A stretch of DNA of 46,963 bases, counting the filler, from Catajapyx aquilonaris (Eukaryota), in the NCBI GenBank assembly GCA_000934665.2. It is 2 parts of 2 records of this genome, joined end to end, with 100 filler letters (N's around TTAATTAATTAA, not from the genome) between each part and the next. Parts side by side here need not be neighbours in the genome. Positions count along the whole stretch, not along the records: positions 1 to 23,456 come from JYFJ02005689.1; 1 more part is not named here. The stretch is one strand, 5' to 3'. Below are positions 1-15,158 of the stretch, piece by piece (position 1 is the first letter of the stretch; the number at the start of each line of letters is the position of its first letter). Under the pieces are notes generated by a model, which worked only from the letters and a program-made list of their open reading frames with translations, made no database searches and was not told the DNA's origin. Both the position numbers and the translations under genes were made by a program.

Positions 1-1337
1 GTTGCTCTAATGAGTGTCACTACCTTCAGGTGGAAGGACATCATTATCAGCCCGCGCCATCTACCTTAGGCTCAGAACTTATTGGACGACCCTCGTAGGT
101 CAGCCCTGCTTCCTGATCGTCATTTTACCCTTCTTGGCTGTAAACAGTGCGTCAACGCTATTTTCTCAAGTTCACGATCAAAACATGACACGCAATGATG
201 AGGGTAACCCGATAACTCTTTATTGCCACGTGATTCGTGTCCCAGATGTTGTTTTTTTTTTGCACCTGATTTACAGCCTGGATTAAAAAGACCTGGCTTC
301 ATATCGCCCAGTTGCGTCACTGCAGTTGTCATGGATACCGTTTCCCACAATTTTACTTCTCTCTCTAGCGCCTTTTGAAAGGTAGGCCTAAGCCAAGTTG
401 ATCCAGGTCGATGAGGAGGGTACTGGAGATACATTGATGTGACGCACACAATGCTGATTGAGTCACACCTATTGGTCATGCTCGTACACAGAGATTGGTG
501 GATATTGCCAGTAAATTTGGCGGGTCGGATGTGCACGACATTGGTGAAAGTGGAAAGGTATGTCGTGTGTAAGAGATCGAGGTCTAGGTAGGTTGCAGAA
601 GGGTAGGTGAGAGGAGAAGGAACTCATCTTCCATTCACTTGCACGGATTTGGCTAATTCAATCGACCTCGTGCTTGTTCTCCTCAAGGTGTCCGCATGTT
701 TTCATGCTTAAATTGGGATGGGAGCAGCTTTGGCCTATACCCTTTAGGGGGCCTATGAAAGGGTATTTCCGGTATTGATATTAAATGCAGCTGACAAGGT
801 ACAAAGAGAGCATATATAAATGAGCGATACCAATTTTAATGGGGATGCCATAAGTGGCAAATTCATAACTATGCAGTATTACATTTTTTCACTCCTTTAC
901 AGTGATGTATGTAGGTCGCCCAACACTGCACCTATTTTATTTAAAAAAATTAACCTGTTGGATATTCATAGTCCGGCTCGGAACTATAGTGGCAGTCGGA
1001 TCCACCATCTTATTGCAAAACAATTTCCAACCTGACCCCCCAAAAAGTATTTTACGATAACGTGGGACACAATGTAGAAAACAATGCAGTCATCAATATT
1101 CCACTGGTTTCAGGCAGCAGGCCTACCATGGAATGCAAATTATAGAAAAAGTAGACAAGTGTACGCAAAGAAAAAGAGCAACACAGCCGTCCATGCAGAG
1201 GCTTTATTATGCAACCCATCATCCGGTGGGTGGAGTGTGGTTTTGCGATGAGGAAGGTTCTGGAACCAGTTAAGTCGTTTAACTTCTGAATCCGACTTTG
1301 ATCAGTCTTGTTTATTCCCGGTTGAAATTCTCTAGAG

Positions 1338-1517
1338 CTGTGTTTCTCAACCTTTTTTGATCATCACTGCCCATTACTTTGGCCACCATACTCGTCTAAT
1401 CAAATTTCCATTTACCAGTAAAATTCATATGAAGATTGGAATTTTTCATCAGTCACTACCCATTTGGAGGTTCCCCATGGCCCACTAGCGGACCACGCCC
1501 CGCACTTCGAGAAATGG
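1338..1517. mobile_element. Degenerate hAT (Charlie/MER5-like) MITE
   Basis: Starts CTGTGTTTCTCAACC and ends TTCGAGAAATGG; flanked by 8-bp near-duplicated target CTCTAGAG (1330-1337) / CTCTAGAA (1518-1525), the NTCTAGAN preference of Charlie-type hATs. Confidence 0.6.
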
Positions 1518-4500
1518 CTCTAGAAATATGTTCTGCAGAAACACGTTTTAAAAATTTGCAAATTGTGACTTTTTCTGCACCATTAACATGCACAATTTGG
1601 ATCAAAGAACAGTTACACCACCCGTATCAAACGACGCATCGTTACCAATTTACCCAACAGCCCATTCGCATTCTTCATTCAGTTTCAGGAAATTCGCAAG
1701 GATATCGCCATTCATCTCAGCAATAAAAGGTTTTCTTCAGCCTCCTCCAGGGAATACGCTCTATAGCATTGAACAGCAATAGGCAACTCCAGATTCTGCT
1801 ATTTTATAAACTGCATGGAAAGAATGTACTGCACAGGCTCCTTGCTCTCACATAGCGCATCACTGACTCATAGGTTCAAAGTGGTACTTCTTTTGGGAGT
1901 GCTACGATTTTACACTACCCTGAATTCTCTACGTATAGGCTAGCTATATACACAATTTGTACAGTACAAGCAGGTAATTTTGTTACTTCCTTGTCTGCCT
2001 ACGTCCTGGTAGGTTACTAGTTTATTAATTTTTATTATTACTCGAAGCACCCTGAAACATTCAAGTGACAGTGCACATGCTTTCGTACGTCACTGAGGCC
2101 GATTACCAACAAACATTTGTAAATTTGCTCCCACGACTTCCTGGTGTGGAAAGCATCGTAAATCTTTTCGAAGCAACGCACGCAATATCACGCACCAAGT
2201 CCCCAGCGATAATCAGGCTATTCTGCAAGGTTACGTATATATCATACATCCTTCCAGCTTCCGTCGAAATGTTCCTAATCGAAACGCCCGGACCCCACAG
2301 GCTATTACGCAACGCCCGAACTGTTGGCAACAATCACACGGCACGTTTCAGTATATTGCTAGTGCCAAATAAGGCGAAAGTGTCCTGACGAATCGAGCCG
2401 AAGCACGTGCGGAATGCTAGAAATGCACACGGTTGACATGCTGCTGACGTCACATTGACGACAGTAATTTTTTTTGGTGTGTGCGCTTCGTAAACAGTGA
2501 CTGTAAGTGATGGGGATTTATTGAAATACGGGACTCAAGCTAGAAGTCGCTTGATAAGAAATGGCCAAAGTTCACCGACATGCTGTCCTATATAGCGCTA
2601 TACCTTGTGCTATACACAAACCAATAACGCGCTCCTATTTTTTCCAGAAGAAAATGACGTTCTCAATAAGTCTTCCGTTGGATAGCGTAAAGTGGAGCGG
2701 AACTTTACATTTACTAAAGTCGCGGATGCCGCAAGAACCGCATCCCGTTCTTCTCGTGTATTTATATCTCATTACCATACGCAATGATAATGGATGCGCG
2801 TCACATCTCTGCGCAATCCGCTTTCCGCAGGATACTCCGATTGATGGGGCGATAGTGCGCAATCTTGGCCTATTTGCAAATTTCACTCAGTCATACGGTT
2901 TCCCAAGAATTCATCAAAATTGAACCTCGTGTTCCGGCGTAGTCACCATCTCACAACATACTAATCAGCTCTAATGATAACAAATTCGAGCGGGTTATGC
3001 CACCGCATAATCGCCGTCTTTCTCTAATTTGCCTCCAGCAACAACCTTGCACCCTTCAAAAAAATTAGCCAACAAACAATTAAAAGAGCATCCCACGGGG
3101 ATGGGCGTGGCTAAGTCAACCACGGCCACTCTTCAGTAAACCTCACAGGCGCTGTCGTCATCAGAAAATGGATCTGTTTCACTTTGACCCCAATCAGAAG
3201 CAAGGTCCGTGGGTAAAGGTGGAGTGCTGGAACCGCGAGGTGAATGAATGACCTTAACTTCCTTCTGACGTCACTGCTGGGTTAAAGAAAACCCTTGTAA
3301 ACAAGCTTATGGCATTACCGCACGCCGTATTCACCATCGATCCATCCGTAGATATATTTTTTCCCCCCGCCCCTCTTGTGCTGCCGCCTGCTTCCAATAT
3401 ATGGATATCTGTGCCGGGTTATGGCATGTATCAGGTGTCAATTGGCGTCACGTTTCTGTTCCGTATGACGTGGGATGAGACGCCATGTGAATTGCCCGCT
3501 TGCATGAAATTGCCTGGAATAATTCATAAAAGCGGTGCATTGATTGCGGGGCAGGGCACCACCTATATATCTAATCAATCCGGAACGCGATAGTCTCATA
3601 TTAAGTGGCCTTTGACCTGGGATAATTATACAATGGATGACACATGTGCGATTCTTAGATATATGTTATTACTAGGAAGGAGACAGTCACCCCTGCTGAC
3701 AACACTTCGTCTCGGAACTGTCTATTTGCGTTCAATTCAGCAACCCCGTCAGATTAACATTCCGGAAGTTCTTCTGGGTTCGACATTCTGTGCTGGAATT
3801 CCGCCTATATGGGGGTTTTCCCCTTCAGTTCGGAATTCTATGTAATTTTCTATCTCACCTATTTGGCGAGTGTTAACTGCTCTTTTAACGGCTCTATTGA
3901 ATCAACCGGTATAGTTAAGCAGAAATTAAGCTGTTTGAAATAAACAAGAATACTATATCATTTCTCTTAAATATATACCGTTTAGAAAGTTACAAACGTC
4001 AGATATGACTTAAACGGCACGTTATCAAGTTCCGTACACGCTAGACAAGAAAAGCTACATGTTCAAATTATGACGTACAGCACAATCTACAGACTATATA
4101 CAGTATACATCACGGGACACGCGTCGCAGGCATTCTAATATTCACTGCAGCACAGCAGCAACAGATCGTCTATAGAGAATCCTAAATACAGCTCTTAATT
4201 TATACCGCGCCATAAAATAAAATAAATCTAACCTGCGGTCCACAATTATGACTTTCAATACGATTACTTACATTTGCCGATTTGGCGATATCAATTCGTG
4301 TTATGCGACGCCATACATAAATAACAAATGAATCACTTCTGATATCAGAACGTAATCGAACAATGTGTATTCAATATACATTGTATAAGCTACATACATT
4401 GTCTTCCGCCTCCACCGAGTCCAAGGAGGCCCAGTAATATTTCGCGTAAATCAAAGGTATATTCGACATCATTCCGGTTCACTACGCTCCTTGCCATCAT

Positions 4501-7500
4501 TACCACTTATCAGAAAGATATCTCATGTTTACATAACTGAGGAGCGTCATTTTAAAGGGATCGGCTGATAACCGCAAAGATAGAAGCGCGAGAAACACTC
4601 CAGTGACGTCAGCCTACTACGATCATTCCCAGGAGGTACATTCGCAGGCATTCTTCACACGAATTTAGGAAGATCCATCACGCACAAGTGCAACGGACAC
4701 TGCTGACGTCGCGTCGCTCTGTTGGAGTCGACACCACGTACTACTGATTAAGACACTTAAGAAGACCGAAAGCCGTGGCTGGGGATTATCCGGAGCATTT
4801 AATTAATATGCCCATATGGGTCTTGCCACTTGTCCCATGCATCTGCGCTCGCTGGATATCGCGCGTCATATGGCTACACTGACTCAGACTCAGGACAGGT
4901 GCCGACAGACATAGATAATAATGGTCACAGTGTAACCTGTTGAACTACAATTCCTTCTCAATGCAATATAGTCCAGCGTTAAAAACTACGACCCTCTGGA
5001 AATTACCTTTATGCACTTATTGTTAGTGGACCAAACCTTAACATCAAAGGACAGACTTCCTCCTTTTCATGGCTTCTGCAAGTCGGGGCTATCACCTGGC
5101 AACTAATAGAAGCGGATTATACATGCAATAGCGCTTTAATATGGAGATGACTATAAGTATACATAACGTCCACCTTCTCTCTGCAATCAAGCTTACGTGT
5201 GCGCACCATTGTGTTAGTTTGGCGAATATTGTGTGGCATCACGGCAGCAGAATATTATACACAATTATCTCATGAATAGGCGGTATATAATAATGGAACG
5301 CCTTTCTTCGAATTAAAATGGTGCTCAGGAAAATGCTGAACCAAATATCACAAGTCCATGTTACAGTAAGTACAAGCAGCAATTAATTCCATATGCTGCA
5401 GTATGTTCTTCTNAGAAAATCCCCCCCCCCCCCCAGTACACTGTATAACGATCGTATAATACGCGCGTTTACAAAAAAAAAAAAAAAAGAGTGGCGAAAT
5501 GGATTGCTTACACACAAAACTAAGTGCGTTTACTGCCTGTGAATTACTGTTATAACATCATCACAATTATCATTATTACCAATACTAACACTTGACGGCA
5601 ATGTCACAAGCAAGTGTCAATGTCAGCAAAACAATATTTCCACATGGAAGTGATTCGGCACCCTGTGCGAATTATTTCCCCTTGACAACTGGAAGTTCAT
5701 CTACCAAATCTTTCCCGTCGACAGGTCTTCAATCTTAGCCTATTTACATTAAGTGGCCCTAAAAACCAAATCGGCTATAAACTGATCAGTCAATTGAAAG
5801 AATAAAGAAACCCGTTCGCGTTCACATCATAATAAGCACAAGAACACACTGAGGTAGGTTACTTCAAAAAAGCCCCCCCCCCCCCCCCTATGTTCAAGGG
5901 TATACACCTGCCAGTCCCATCTCATCGTGCACAAGAACCTGACGGCAAGAAATGTTGCGGTATAGCAACCTCACGTCACAATTGCGGCACTGAATGTGGC
6001 AATGACAAATTCCAAACTAAGCTACTTTGAACACATCCCAATGCTAATTACTCAATAAAGCCGCAATATCCGCACCCGAATAATAGCAAGTCACTATTAA
6101 CCTCCCATTGGCAAGAATATAACGCACCGCATGTCAGGGTCATCCCTTTTACAAGTGCATGATGGTGTGACTTGCCACAGGCTTCAAAATCTGGGGGACT
6201 TCCCCGAGTCCTTGAGACCGAGTCACGCAAGGTAATCCTTTTTGCACATTTTACCCGCTTCACCTCACCTAAATGGTACCTGACCCAGTCCGCAAAGCCC
6301 ATTGGCGTCCGGCCGTCTATTCCGTCGACGGTTCCCCGGATGGACAGGAAATACCCCAATTATCCGGGTGGGATCGATTCGGAAAGAGGATTTATTGCGC
6401 TCAAAATTGCGACATGTTGTGGTACGTGTTTGTCATCCCAACATCTTGTTGGACCAGTTCTTCTATCCATATCTGGGGCAGCATGGGAGACACCCCTGCC
6501 AGCTATATGAGGGCCTATCGCTATCCCCCACCCCCGTTTTTGGAGCGGGGTTTGGGGGTAGGAGTTTCGTATAACCACTGCTCAGATCAATATTGGGCCA
6601 TTAAGAATGCCGACATTGGAGTTGCTTGGCGGCCTTCGTTTGTCATCGACGTGGCTGCCATCTGGGACTCTCGGCCTACAGACGTCGGCAATGCAGGACT
6701 TGTCTGCCACACGCCGTGTTGCGACCCACGTAACTACAGCTGATGTCAACTCTGGTCGACAAAACCATGCATTACATCTGCACAGCAGCCCTTGAAATAA
6801 CATCATTGGCATGCAGAATGCACATGAACCATCACCTTGTAATGTCATTACCATCCTCATTACAGTGCCATAAATCCATTTTAGACAATCGAGTTGCATT
6901 TAGCTATTTCTCCATTAACAATGACCTTCAATATTCCTATATTATGCATTACATGTACTAGTTTGCTTCGGTGTCCCTGTTTCGTCCAAATTGACCCGTT
7001 TGCTATGTAATTGTATACGCGTATATTTAGCAGAATTTTTTTACGTTTTCTTATCTGTTGTTGTTGTTGTTGTTGTTATTCAAGTAGCATTCCACAACAG
7101 CGTGAACAGTACAAAATGCAGCATTTAATATGCCATCGGTGACAAAATCTGACTTCTTACTCTGGGATATCGCAATACCTCCTGCTAGTTCATAATTTTA
7201 AATGTCAGTCCCGCATTTCGCATACCAGAAGGTCACAAAAAAAACCGCAATAAAGGGAACCATTAGGGGCAAACGAGCGATAACACATTATCACTCTGTA
7301 TCCCCTCCATTTATTCAGACTCATTTCCCACCGGGTTGTGCCAGCGTGAAAAATTAGACCGCCTTTCTACCCCAGACCCTGGATGACGCCAGTACTCATA
7401 ACGCTCGGCAATGACGCGTCTCTCAGGAAACGCATTGTATCCACACAGAGACGTCAAATAAACTCCGCTGCCTGCCTTGCAATAGGGCAGCTGTTAGCAC

Positions 7501-10500
7501 ACGAGCAGCTCCGCACACAGGGAGGTCCACAATGGAGCGTAATTATATGAAAAGGACAGTAAATGGCTGGAACTGGGACCTCGGTGCTTAGGGTGCACAT
7601 GTCCTTGTGGGGAGCCCCCCCAGTCGAGTCCCTTGAATTGCTCATTTGCGTCCTAGCAGCTTCCCTGTGATGGGGGATCAATAATTCAAGCCAGATCCGC
7701 ACCCCACCCCTTTTCTACCCCACCCAATTTCACTACCTTCCCCTCCACACACATACCCCCTCGATCCACATGACCTTCTCTGCATGCTGCACCAACCCTA
7801 ATTCCAGCCCTGCAACAAGTCATTTTCATTCCAGGCCTGGACAGATCGGCCACTGATAGGCCAATCAACGAAGGTCAGGTGTGACATCAGGTGCATGGCT
7901 TGTGGCCTATCTGTCAATTTGCACCGCCCCTTTTTCGCACGTGGACCGATAAAACAAGCAAAAAATCCAGTTTTTAAAAACTTCATTGGCTGCTCAGTGA
8001 CGGATAGGCATACGAGATGCATCGATACAAGTTACGGTACCTTTATCAAAGTGCAGCATGCGACATGAAGTTCAGTATTTGACTGACACTCCACATGCCT
8101 GGCAAGCTCAATTCATTTGCATTTTAAAATGTCAATTTGGTCAGTGGTCAGTAATGATGATAGTTGTATCTTGTGTTTACCTAAGAAATAGCAGCCAAAA
8201 AATTGCGAAAATTTTATACGTTGTTTTTTTAAAGAAATTGTTCATACACCGATACGAGATTCGCCCAATATTCACCTGATTGTCCGACACCACGTACCGG
8301 TATACATATCTACACTCCAACTGAATGGTATGTCAGAATTTTTGGCATGCTTTGTTTTAATTTGAATTTTAAAATTCAAATCACACAGCCATGATTGGAC
8401 CTGCGTTAGGGTACAATGTGCTGCAGTTTTTTAAAATGCCAACATTTAGTGGGGAGAGAAAATTTTGTGTCAATGAAAATCGGGAAGAGAACGTGCAGTA
8501 CAATCTGTGACGGACCTGACATGACAGATCGTGGACATGACGCAAAGCTAGCCACAATCAGCCACGGAGGTTATGATGTCAAATTTTCCTGTCCAATCGC
8601 TACTTCAAACGACTGCCATTCCCCCGTTCGAATATGTACTCACATGGCAATCCATCAAGACCAATAAAACATGATAATCGGAGACAGCGTGCCAATCATT
8701 GAGCTCAGCTAATGACGTCGACCATACTGCGGGACGAGCAGCGAGGGGGCCAGTGACGACAGAAACCCTCTGAGGCAGGGATGCTGCTGCAGCTGCCTGC
8801 CGTCATGTGTCCACAGCCCACGTCACTTACGGTTAATGAAGGAAAACCCAGCGAAAAGCCCTAGGTTTACCTGCCCTAATTTAGCATCGCTATCGTGTCG
8901 GAGGCCTTCATCCTCTGACTTCACGTAATCCTCGCGCATCCCTGGAATCCCGATAGATACGCAGTATCTGCAACGTGGAACCCGCGAACGCACTTTATCA
9001 TGCTTTAGAATGCTGGTCGCTACAGAAGATTACCGACGTATCTCGTGGCTACACAGTATGAAGGAGACGGTGAGAAGAAAATCCCACGCTACCTGCGTCA
9101 TTATTAGAACGATAATCAGATCTATAGAGCTAGAACAAGATCAAGTTACTTTCTGCAGCATCCCATGTAAACCAACGTGACCATCGCCATTAAATGCACG
9201 CGTACAGTGAAGGTTACTTATGGATTAAGTTCAGGCTGACTTTCCCCAAAGAATGTCCAGATATTTGTCACAAGTTGAGGTTACAATTTGACATCAAGTG
9301 GAGGGAGACAGTTTCGGTCATCTTTATCAGTTCAAATCTGTAACATATGTGGATATTTCCATGTCATTCCAGAGCCGAAAAAAAAGTGTATTCGTGATGA
9401 AATGCATGTCTGTTCCCAGCCTTCTAACTGTGACGTGAAGAAAGCAGGAAAATAAGCTCCTCTTACACAAGCTAAAATCTATCCGAGAAAAAATACATTA
9501 TGAACTTTATATTACACGAATGGGGCGGAACTACTATTAAAGCGGAGACCTTCCGCCCATAAGTTCACCGCTGCAATCTTCATATGACAACTGCAGATCA
9601 TACATAGTCCAAATTACATAAACTGCCTAAGCCCAATTCTGGCCGTCTTTTTTTTTTTTTTTTTTTGCAATAATTCGAGAAACAATTCTGTAGGAAACGG
9701 GTGTGTTGCAGGTAAAGGTACAAATTATAAGTGATCTGTATAGACCTAATTGGTGGATCGATCTATGTTTTAAGACACCAGTGAGTCGCCTAGAAACCTA
9801 GTGATGTCTCTGCTTTGACTCCAATGAACAGCAGTAGCATCTATCAGGATCTGTGACGTATGCGTCAATCATACACCTTGGAGGTGAGACATATAATTAT
9901 CCAGGATTATAGGGAACACGTGGACCCTTTCAATTTGGCAAGGAAATAAAGTCTAGCCTACAACACACCATGCTCCCTCATCCATCTTAATTGTTTAGAA
10001 CTAGATGTTACAATTAATGCTCTTCTTCTCGGCATTTATTTTTCACTTGAGAAGGTTCCATTATGGAAATAACTCCTCCATTACTTTAACTGTAAGTGTC
10101 GATTGCTCACAAGAAACTGAACCGCAATTGAAGCAGTTCGCTCCTTTACAAGGCGCCCATAAAATTCTGTATTAGCGAGAAGTGCAAATATACAGCGGCG
10201 CCCAAATTAGAACCCTAAAAGTTATAGTTCACCCGCTCATTGTGCAATTACTATCTCAAGGTCTTGCCTTCGCTGGGGTTGTTAACTCTTTTTTATTAAC
10301 CTGCTCCGTTTCATGGCTTATAATGAATCGCTGGTGTAAAACTTAAATAGAATAATAACTATCATCAAAGAGCAACGCGCAATCCGCTTGCAAAACTACC
10401 CCGAAATCGCACATCCCCGGTTCTTAATGCAGCATTATCCCTAATTCCACCTTGCATTGTTAATAGTGAGAGGATGGCGTAGGTCATGGGATGCGATCCC

Positions 10501-12083
10501 GAGCCATTAATTTTACTCCTCGGGGTGTTCCAAATTCTCACGCGAGGAAGCCCAGTTCCAAAAATAGGCCCGAACAAAAGGCCACCAAATAACATGTATT
10601 ATTGTAATCAAAGAGTCTCTAAAGTGGTATGCCGAAAGGATTTCGTAACGCCCTGTTAAGGCAGGACCTTTTCTTCTTTTGGACGGCTTCTACTGAGCGA
10701 ACTGAAGAGATTTCATCAGGGCCAGGAATTTAAATCGCTTGAAATTCCGGAGGTCCCTACTCAGTAATGGAAGACATGCTCCAGGGATTCCCTCCCCCCA
10801 ACCACCCAAGCCCCCATTGCCCTCCGCGAATTATATCTACCAGACTGGCTAAAAATTCCGTGGTCATCCAACAAACTTTTCAAAAAACTCCGATTACCAG
10901 ATTCTATCGAAAGGGCGCGGTGCGTTTGAGAGTTGAATTTCCAAAGTCATTACATGGCACGATTCAGGGCTTTTTTTTTCTCTCTCCCCTTCCTTTTCAC
11001 TTGACAAAGAGGTCGTTTTAAATCAATCACGCGTATTTAGCAACGAGTTATAAGGTTAGCAGCAGTAAAGCAGCTAAAATCTCGGGCCAAAATCGGGTGG
11101 TAGACATGTAATCTACCTTGTCAATAAAATTCTCGATCTAGATATATACGCATAACGGCATAAGCATAAATTTAGATATTCAGTGGTGATAATAAAAACA
11201 TGATAAACATACTATCAGAACAGGTCCAGACTGTGTAATTCAAGTATAAAAAGGAGGATATCATATTATTATGCATTCCTGAGTGACAGGCCTCATGCAT
11301 ACTCTGGAAAAACTTGATGCAAATAATTCACGCACACTCATGTCAGCATATTATGCCTCTAATAGTGACTGATACATTATGTGAGTTACTTGTCAGTAGC
11401 AGTCATCTGGTGATAACTTTGCTGGCCCTCACATAACATAGATGACAGAAGCAGTTAAACCACATGCCAGGGGGTGTGGCTCCATTTGATCTATCTCTGT
11501 GCAATATTTCATGAACCTACCAAGTAGGATTTCACCAAAAAAAGGTTAGAGTTCAAACACCTCATTCATTTCCCATCACACTCTATGTAAAGAGATTTAC
11601 GAGCATTCTGCTACTGCATTGTTATCTCAATACATCAACATGAGAGGTAATTTCTTCGCCTAACCAAAATATACTCAATGACCAAAATATATATTCCTTG
11701 TGGCTGGAGAAACTGGAGATGTCAATAAAGCATGTGAAGGCACTGAATTTTGTTGCACCAGGCATCTGAATGTTACAGAACGTCCAGTGATTTTTTTTAA
11801 ACCTACAGGCTGTCACCAGTATAATGGCTGAGACATTTCAATAACAAAGTATTATGTAACATTTATAGGCTACATGTATCACCAGGAATTGAAAGCCAAT
11901 TAATTCTGGAATGATGCCTAACAACCAAACATGAAGAAAGACATTTTGGTACTAAAATTAGTTTAAAATATAGCACCTGCTCATTTTACAGCAATTCTGC
12001 ACAAGTGCAACTCAATGCTTAAACACAAAAATCAAAGTCTGGACACTAGCATACATGAAATGTCACAACTTAAGATGTCTTAC

Positions 12084-12341
12084 CGTCTTGGATGAGATGC
12101 AGGAGTCATTGAGGTAGAGGTGGTGCGTTTCCCACCTTCTAAGGAACTTCGAGCTCATAATCTTGCTGAGGACAGTGCGCGAGTGTTTTAGCCGACACAC
12201 TTGCAAGTCACCACTGTTCAGGAGCTTGAACTTTGGGCCAGGGCTAGGTTTTCGAGATCTGCACACCAATGAGGAAGAGGAAGATGATGGGGCAACTGAC
12301 AGAGCTGACTGTGAGGCAGGCATCCCATTGTTTAACATCAC
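12084..12341 (-). CDS. CMIP: c-Maf-inducing protein homologue, coding exon 2 (start of PH-like domain)
   Basis: Encodes ...[52 protein letters not shown], matching the vertebrate CMIP motif [35 protein letters not shown]. Acceptor ttgcAG|GTG, donor ACG|GTaaga, 258 bp, phase 0/0. Confidence 0.92.
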
Positions 12342-12985
12342 CTGCAATGACAAATTAAACAGGGCAAAGTAAAAATTTGCTATTTCAATACAGGCACTGA
12401 TGTGTCAACCTTACATGAGAAGGAACAGGGCAAGTAGGAATTTCATTAACTGGGGATAACACTTCTAAGAGAAAGTTATTTGAACAACCCATGTGGTGTC
12501 TGTCTGCCCTGAGTTTTTCTTCAACTTCCTGACAAGGTAGACTCCAATCACCCATGAGTATGTGATTCAGTGCTTTGACAATTGTCCCCATTTCTGTTGA
12601 AAATAAAACTATCTATGTTGCTCCCCACAGCAAATGACATGCAATTATTGCCCTTAGCCTCTGAATAACTGAAACTACAAGTCACATATGAATCAATCTC
12701 ACAGGTACAGCTGTAGCAAAATAATGGATATTCAACATGGTACAGGTACAGTATTACATCTGACATGAGCAGGTACCAAACTGGGAAGGCTAGTTGGACA
12801 CCTTCATCATGAGCACACTTGGTAACATGAATTGTTTATTTGCACATAAGCGGTTAAAAACAAATTATGTTAATGAAATTTGACTTCATCCTTCCCAAGT
12901 TGGCCTTCACTTTCTGTACAATCAGGCATGGTAAGGTCACACTGGCAATGATTCATCCAGACACAATATTCAGCAAGGACTAAGT

Positions 12986-13310
12986 AATACCTCAATGGCC
13001 CAGTTTAACACACTACATATCAACATGCCCTACTTGTACAAGTAATGCAATCAGTATGTTAAGCATTACTTGCTTAGTACAAATTAAAAGACGTACAATG
13101 AAGAAACTAAATCACACTGACTTGGAATCACATCTCACTAATGTGATTATTACCTCAATTAAGTACATTCCAAATCACATTATTTATCATGTTTCTACTG
13201 CCTTTTAATTTGTACTGAATGAGTGGCGTAGAACAGTATGATTTGCATTATTTGTACAAATGGCACCTACTAATCCATAAGTTTGTGTCACACTGGGCCA
13301 GTGAGGTATT
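12986..13310. mobile_element. Old, decayed palindromic MITE in CMIP intron 1
   Basis: Imperfect mirrored blocks: AATACCTCAATGGCCCAGTTTAACAC vs GTGTCACACTGGGCCAGTGAGGTATT; TTGTACAAGTAATGCAA vs TTGCATTATTTGTACAA; AGTACAAATTAAAAG vs CTTTTAATTTGTACT. Confidence 0.6.
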
Positions 13311-15158
13311 TCTCAAGTCTCCTAAGTCAACTATGCTTTAGAGTTTAGGCAAATCAGAACTTACTAAAATCGCAATTATGAAATCCTTGTCTAAACTCTG
13401 CAGGGATGCACACTACCTCAATCTTGTAATGAATATGATAACATGCCACACAACTTTTCAATTTAGAATGATATCCTCTGACAGTGGTATAACGCTGGTC
13501 TCATATTTTCTGAATACCTTGCATATCTGCTTTTATGTGCACAGCAGTTCAATAGAGCCTGCAAATTCAAAATGTTCAAATAATATTTTAAAATCAGTTA
13601 ATACCGACGGTCTGTTTGGTAGTACACAAGTTGTACTGATATATTCATGTACTCTATTGTGGTGCCTCTGCATAGATTAAAACATATTCCTCTCTTACTT
13701 TCATGACAACTACTTGGCTCACAAAACAATTGAATATGAACTAACCCTGTAACTAAACACAACTGTCGATTTGTCAATGAACTCTACTTTCAATCAAAAT
13801 CTACAAGGTTGCGTGTGTGGATTTATGTAGGAAATAAAACTTTAGTACATAGGAAATAAATAAATTGCTCCACCATCAACTAAGGGATAAAACTCTCAAA
13901 GTTTTTAAGCGCACAAGCAAATGTCCCAATTTTTTTAAAATCCACCACCACTTTGCGTCATAACGTAATGTGCAAGTTTGTCAATTCTTGCTAAATGATT
14001 TCGCAACCCAAACGCTGGAAGATTGAATCAACTTCTGTAGCATTAACAAGAAATCAGGCTATTAGTAAGAAATGTTATGACTAGACAGCAGTTCAGTAAC
14101 ATACAAGTACCACATGGGAAGATAGACAACTGGGAGGGCAGGTGCAGGTCCGATGTCTGATATAAGATAACCTACGTGCTTCCCCAACAGCAGGAGGGTA
14201 TTCTAGCAGTAGATTCCATCTGAGGTTAAGAAATTCCAACTCCTCATAAATGACAAAGCAAAACCCCAGGCTTGAAATTGAATCTAGGCATTTTATCTCA
14301 TGGTGTCATCATTACTACTGCATCATTCTTATGTACTTACAACATTCAAAAAAGGCACTCCAGAGTCTTTAAAATAAAGTGCCCCAATGCCAAAAGTGAC
14401 AATGTGTCACAATGTGTGCCTATAGTTAAGCAGCAATTACTATGCATAATCTTAAAAGTACAGTTAATATCGTGTATTAAGGCGGAATATCACTATCATA
14501 TCACGCAAGTGCATTCCACATGCAACAGGACCTATGCGTCTTTTACATCATGTGTAACAACAAGCTGCATGACTGTATCATCCTGACAATCCTGTTATAC
14601 AATTCTAAGCAATCATTATGCAACTAGTTGACAAGACTTGCTAATGACATGAGGTTCAGGGATGATCATTAAGACTCAGTAGCACAATCTCCCCCTCTCT
14701 CCTGTCATGATGGTAATCTGACAAGTGTTCATGTAATGTAAGCAAATGTTTACAAGTTTTGATTTGGAAATGTCGGAACACTTGCGGGGGGGGGGGGGGG
14801 GGGGCNGGGGGGGGGGCTCACAGGCCTGCAGTTTGCAGTTATATACCTAAATACAGCATGGTGAAACCGGTTCATACATTTATAGTCAAGTTGCTAAATA
14901 TAATTACACGAAGTTTTTCATACTGAACATGTTTCCATTACATGCGACTAAAATACACTAAAAATCCAAGCCAATAGGGCCACGCAAAAGTTGTGCAATG
15001 AACAAGATTCCACATTAACCAAGGTCTATTATTGCCAGATTTCACTGCAATTATTACCCCCAAAAAATTACACGACTTTTCATAGAGTATCGGGCCAGTG
15101 ACAGACATTGCTAGTCAGTGCACAACTTTGGGATTACAAGGGAGAAGCGTAATCTTAC

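Noticed and set aside
6048..6961. Cluster of overlapping 60-156 aa ORFs
   Set aside because: No recognisable homology or consistent splice structure; no CMIP exon 3 sequence seen here or elsewhere in 1-12 kb.
10690..10725. Hammerhead ribozyme core (CTGATGA on minus strand)
   Set aside because: No properly placed stem II and GAAA.
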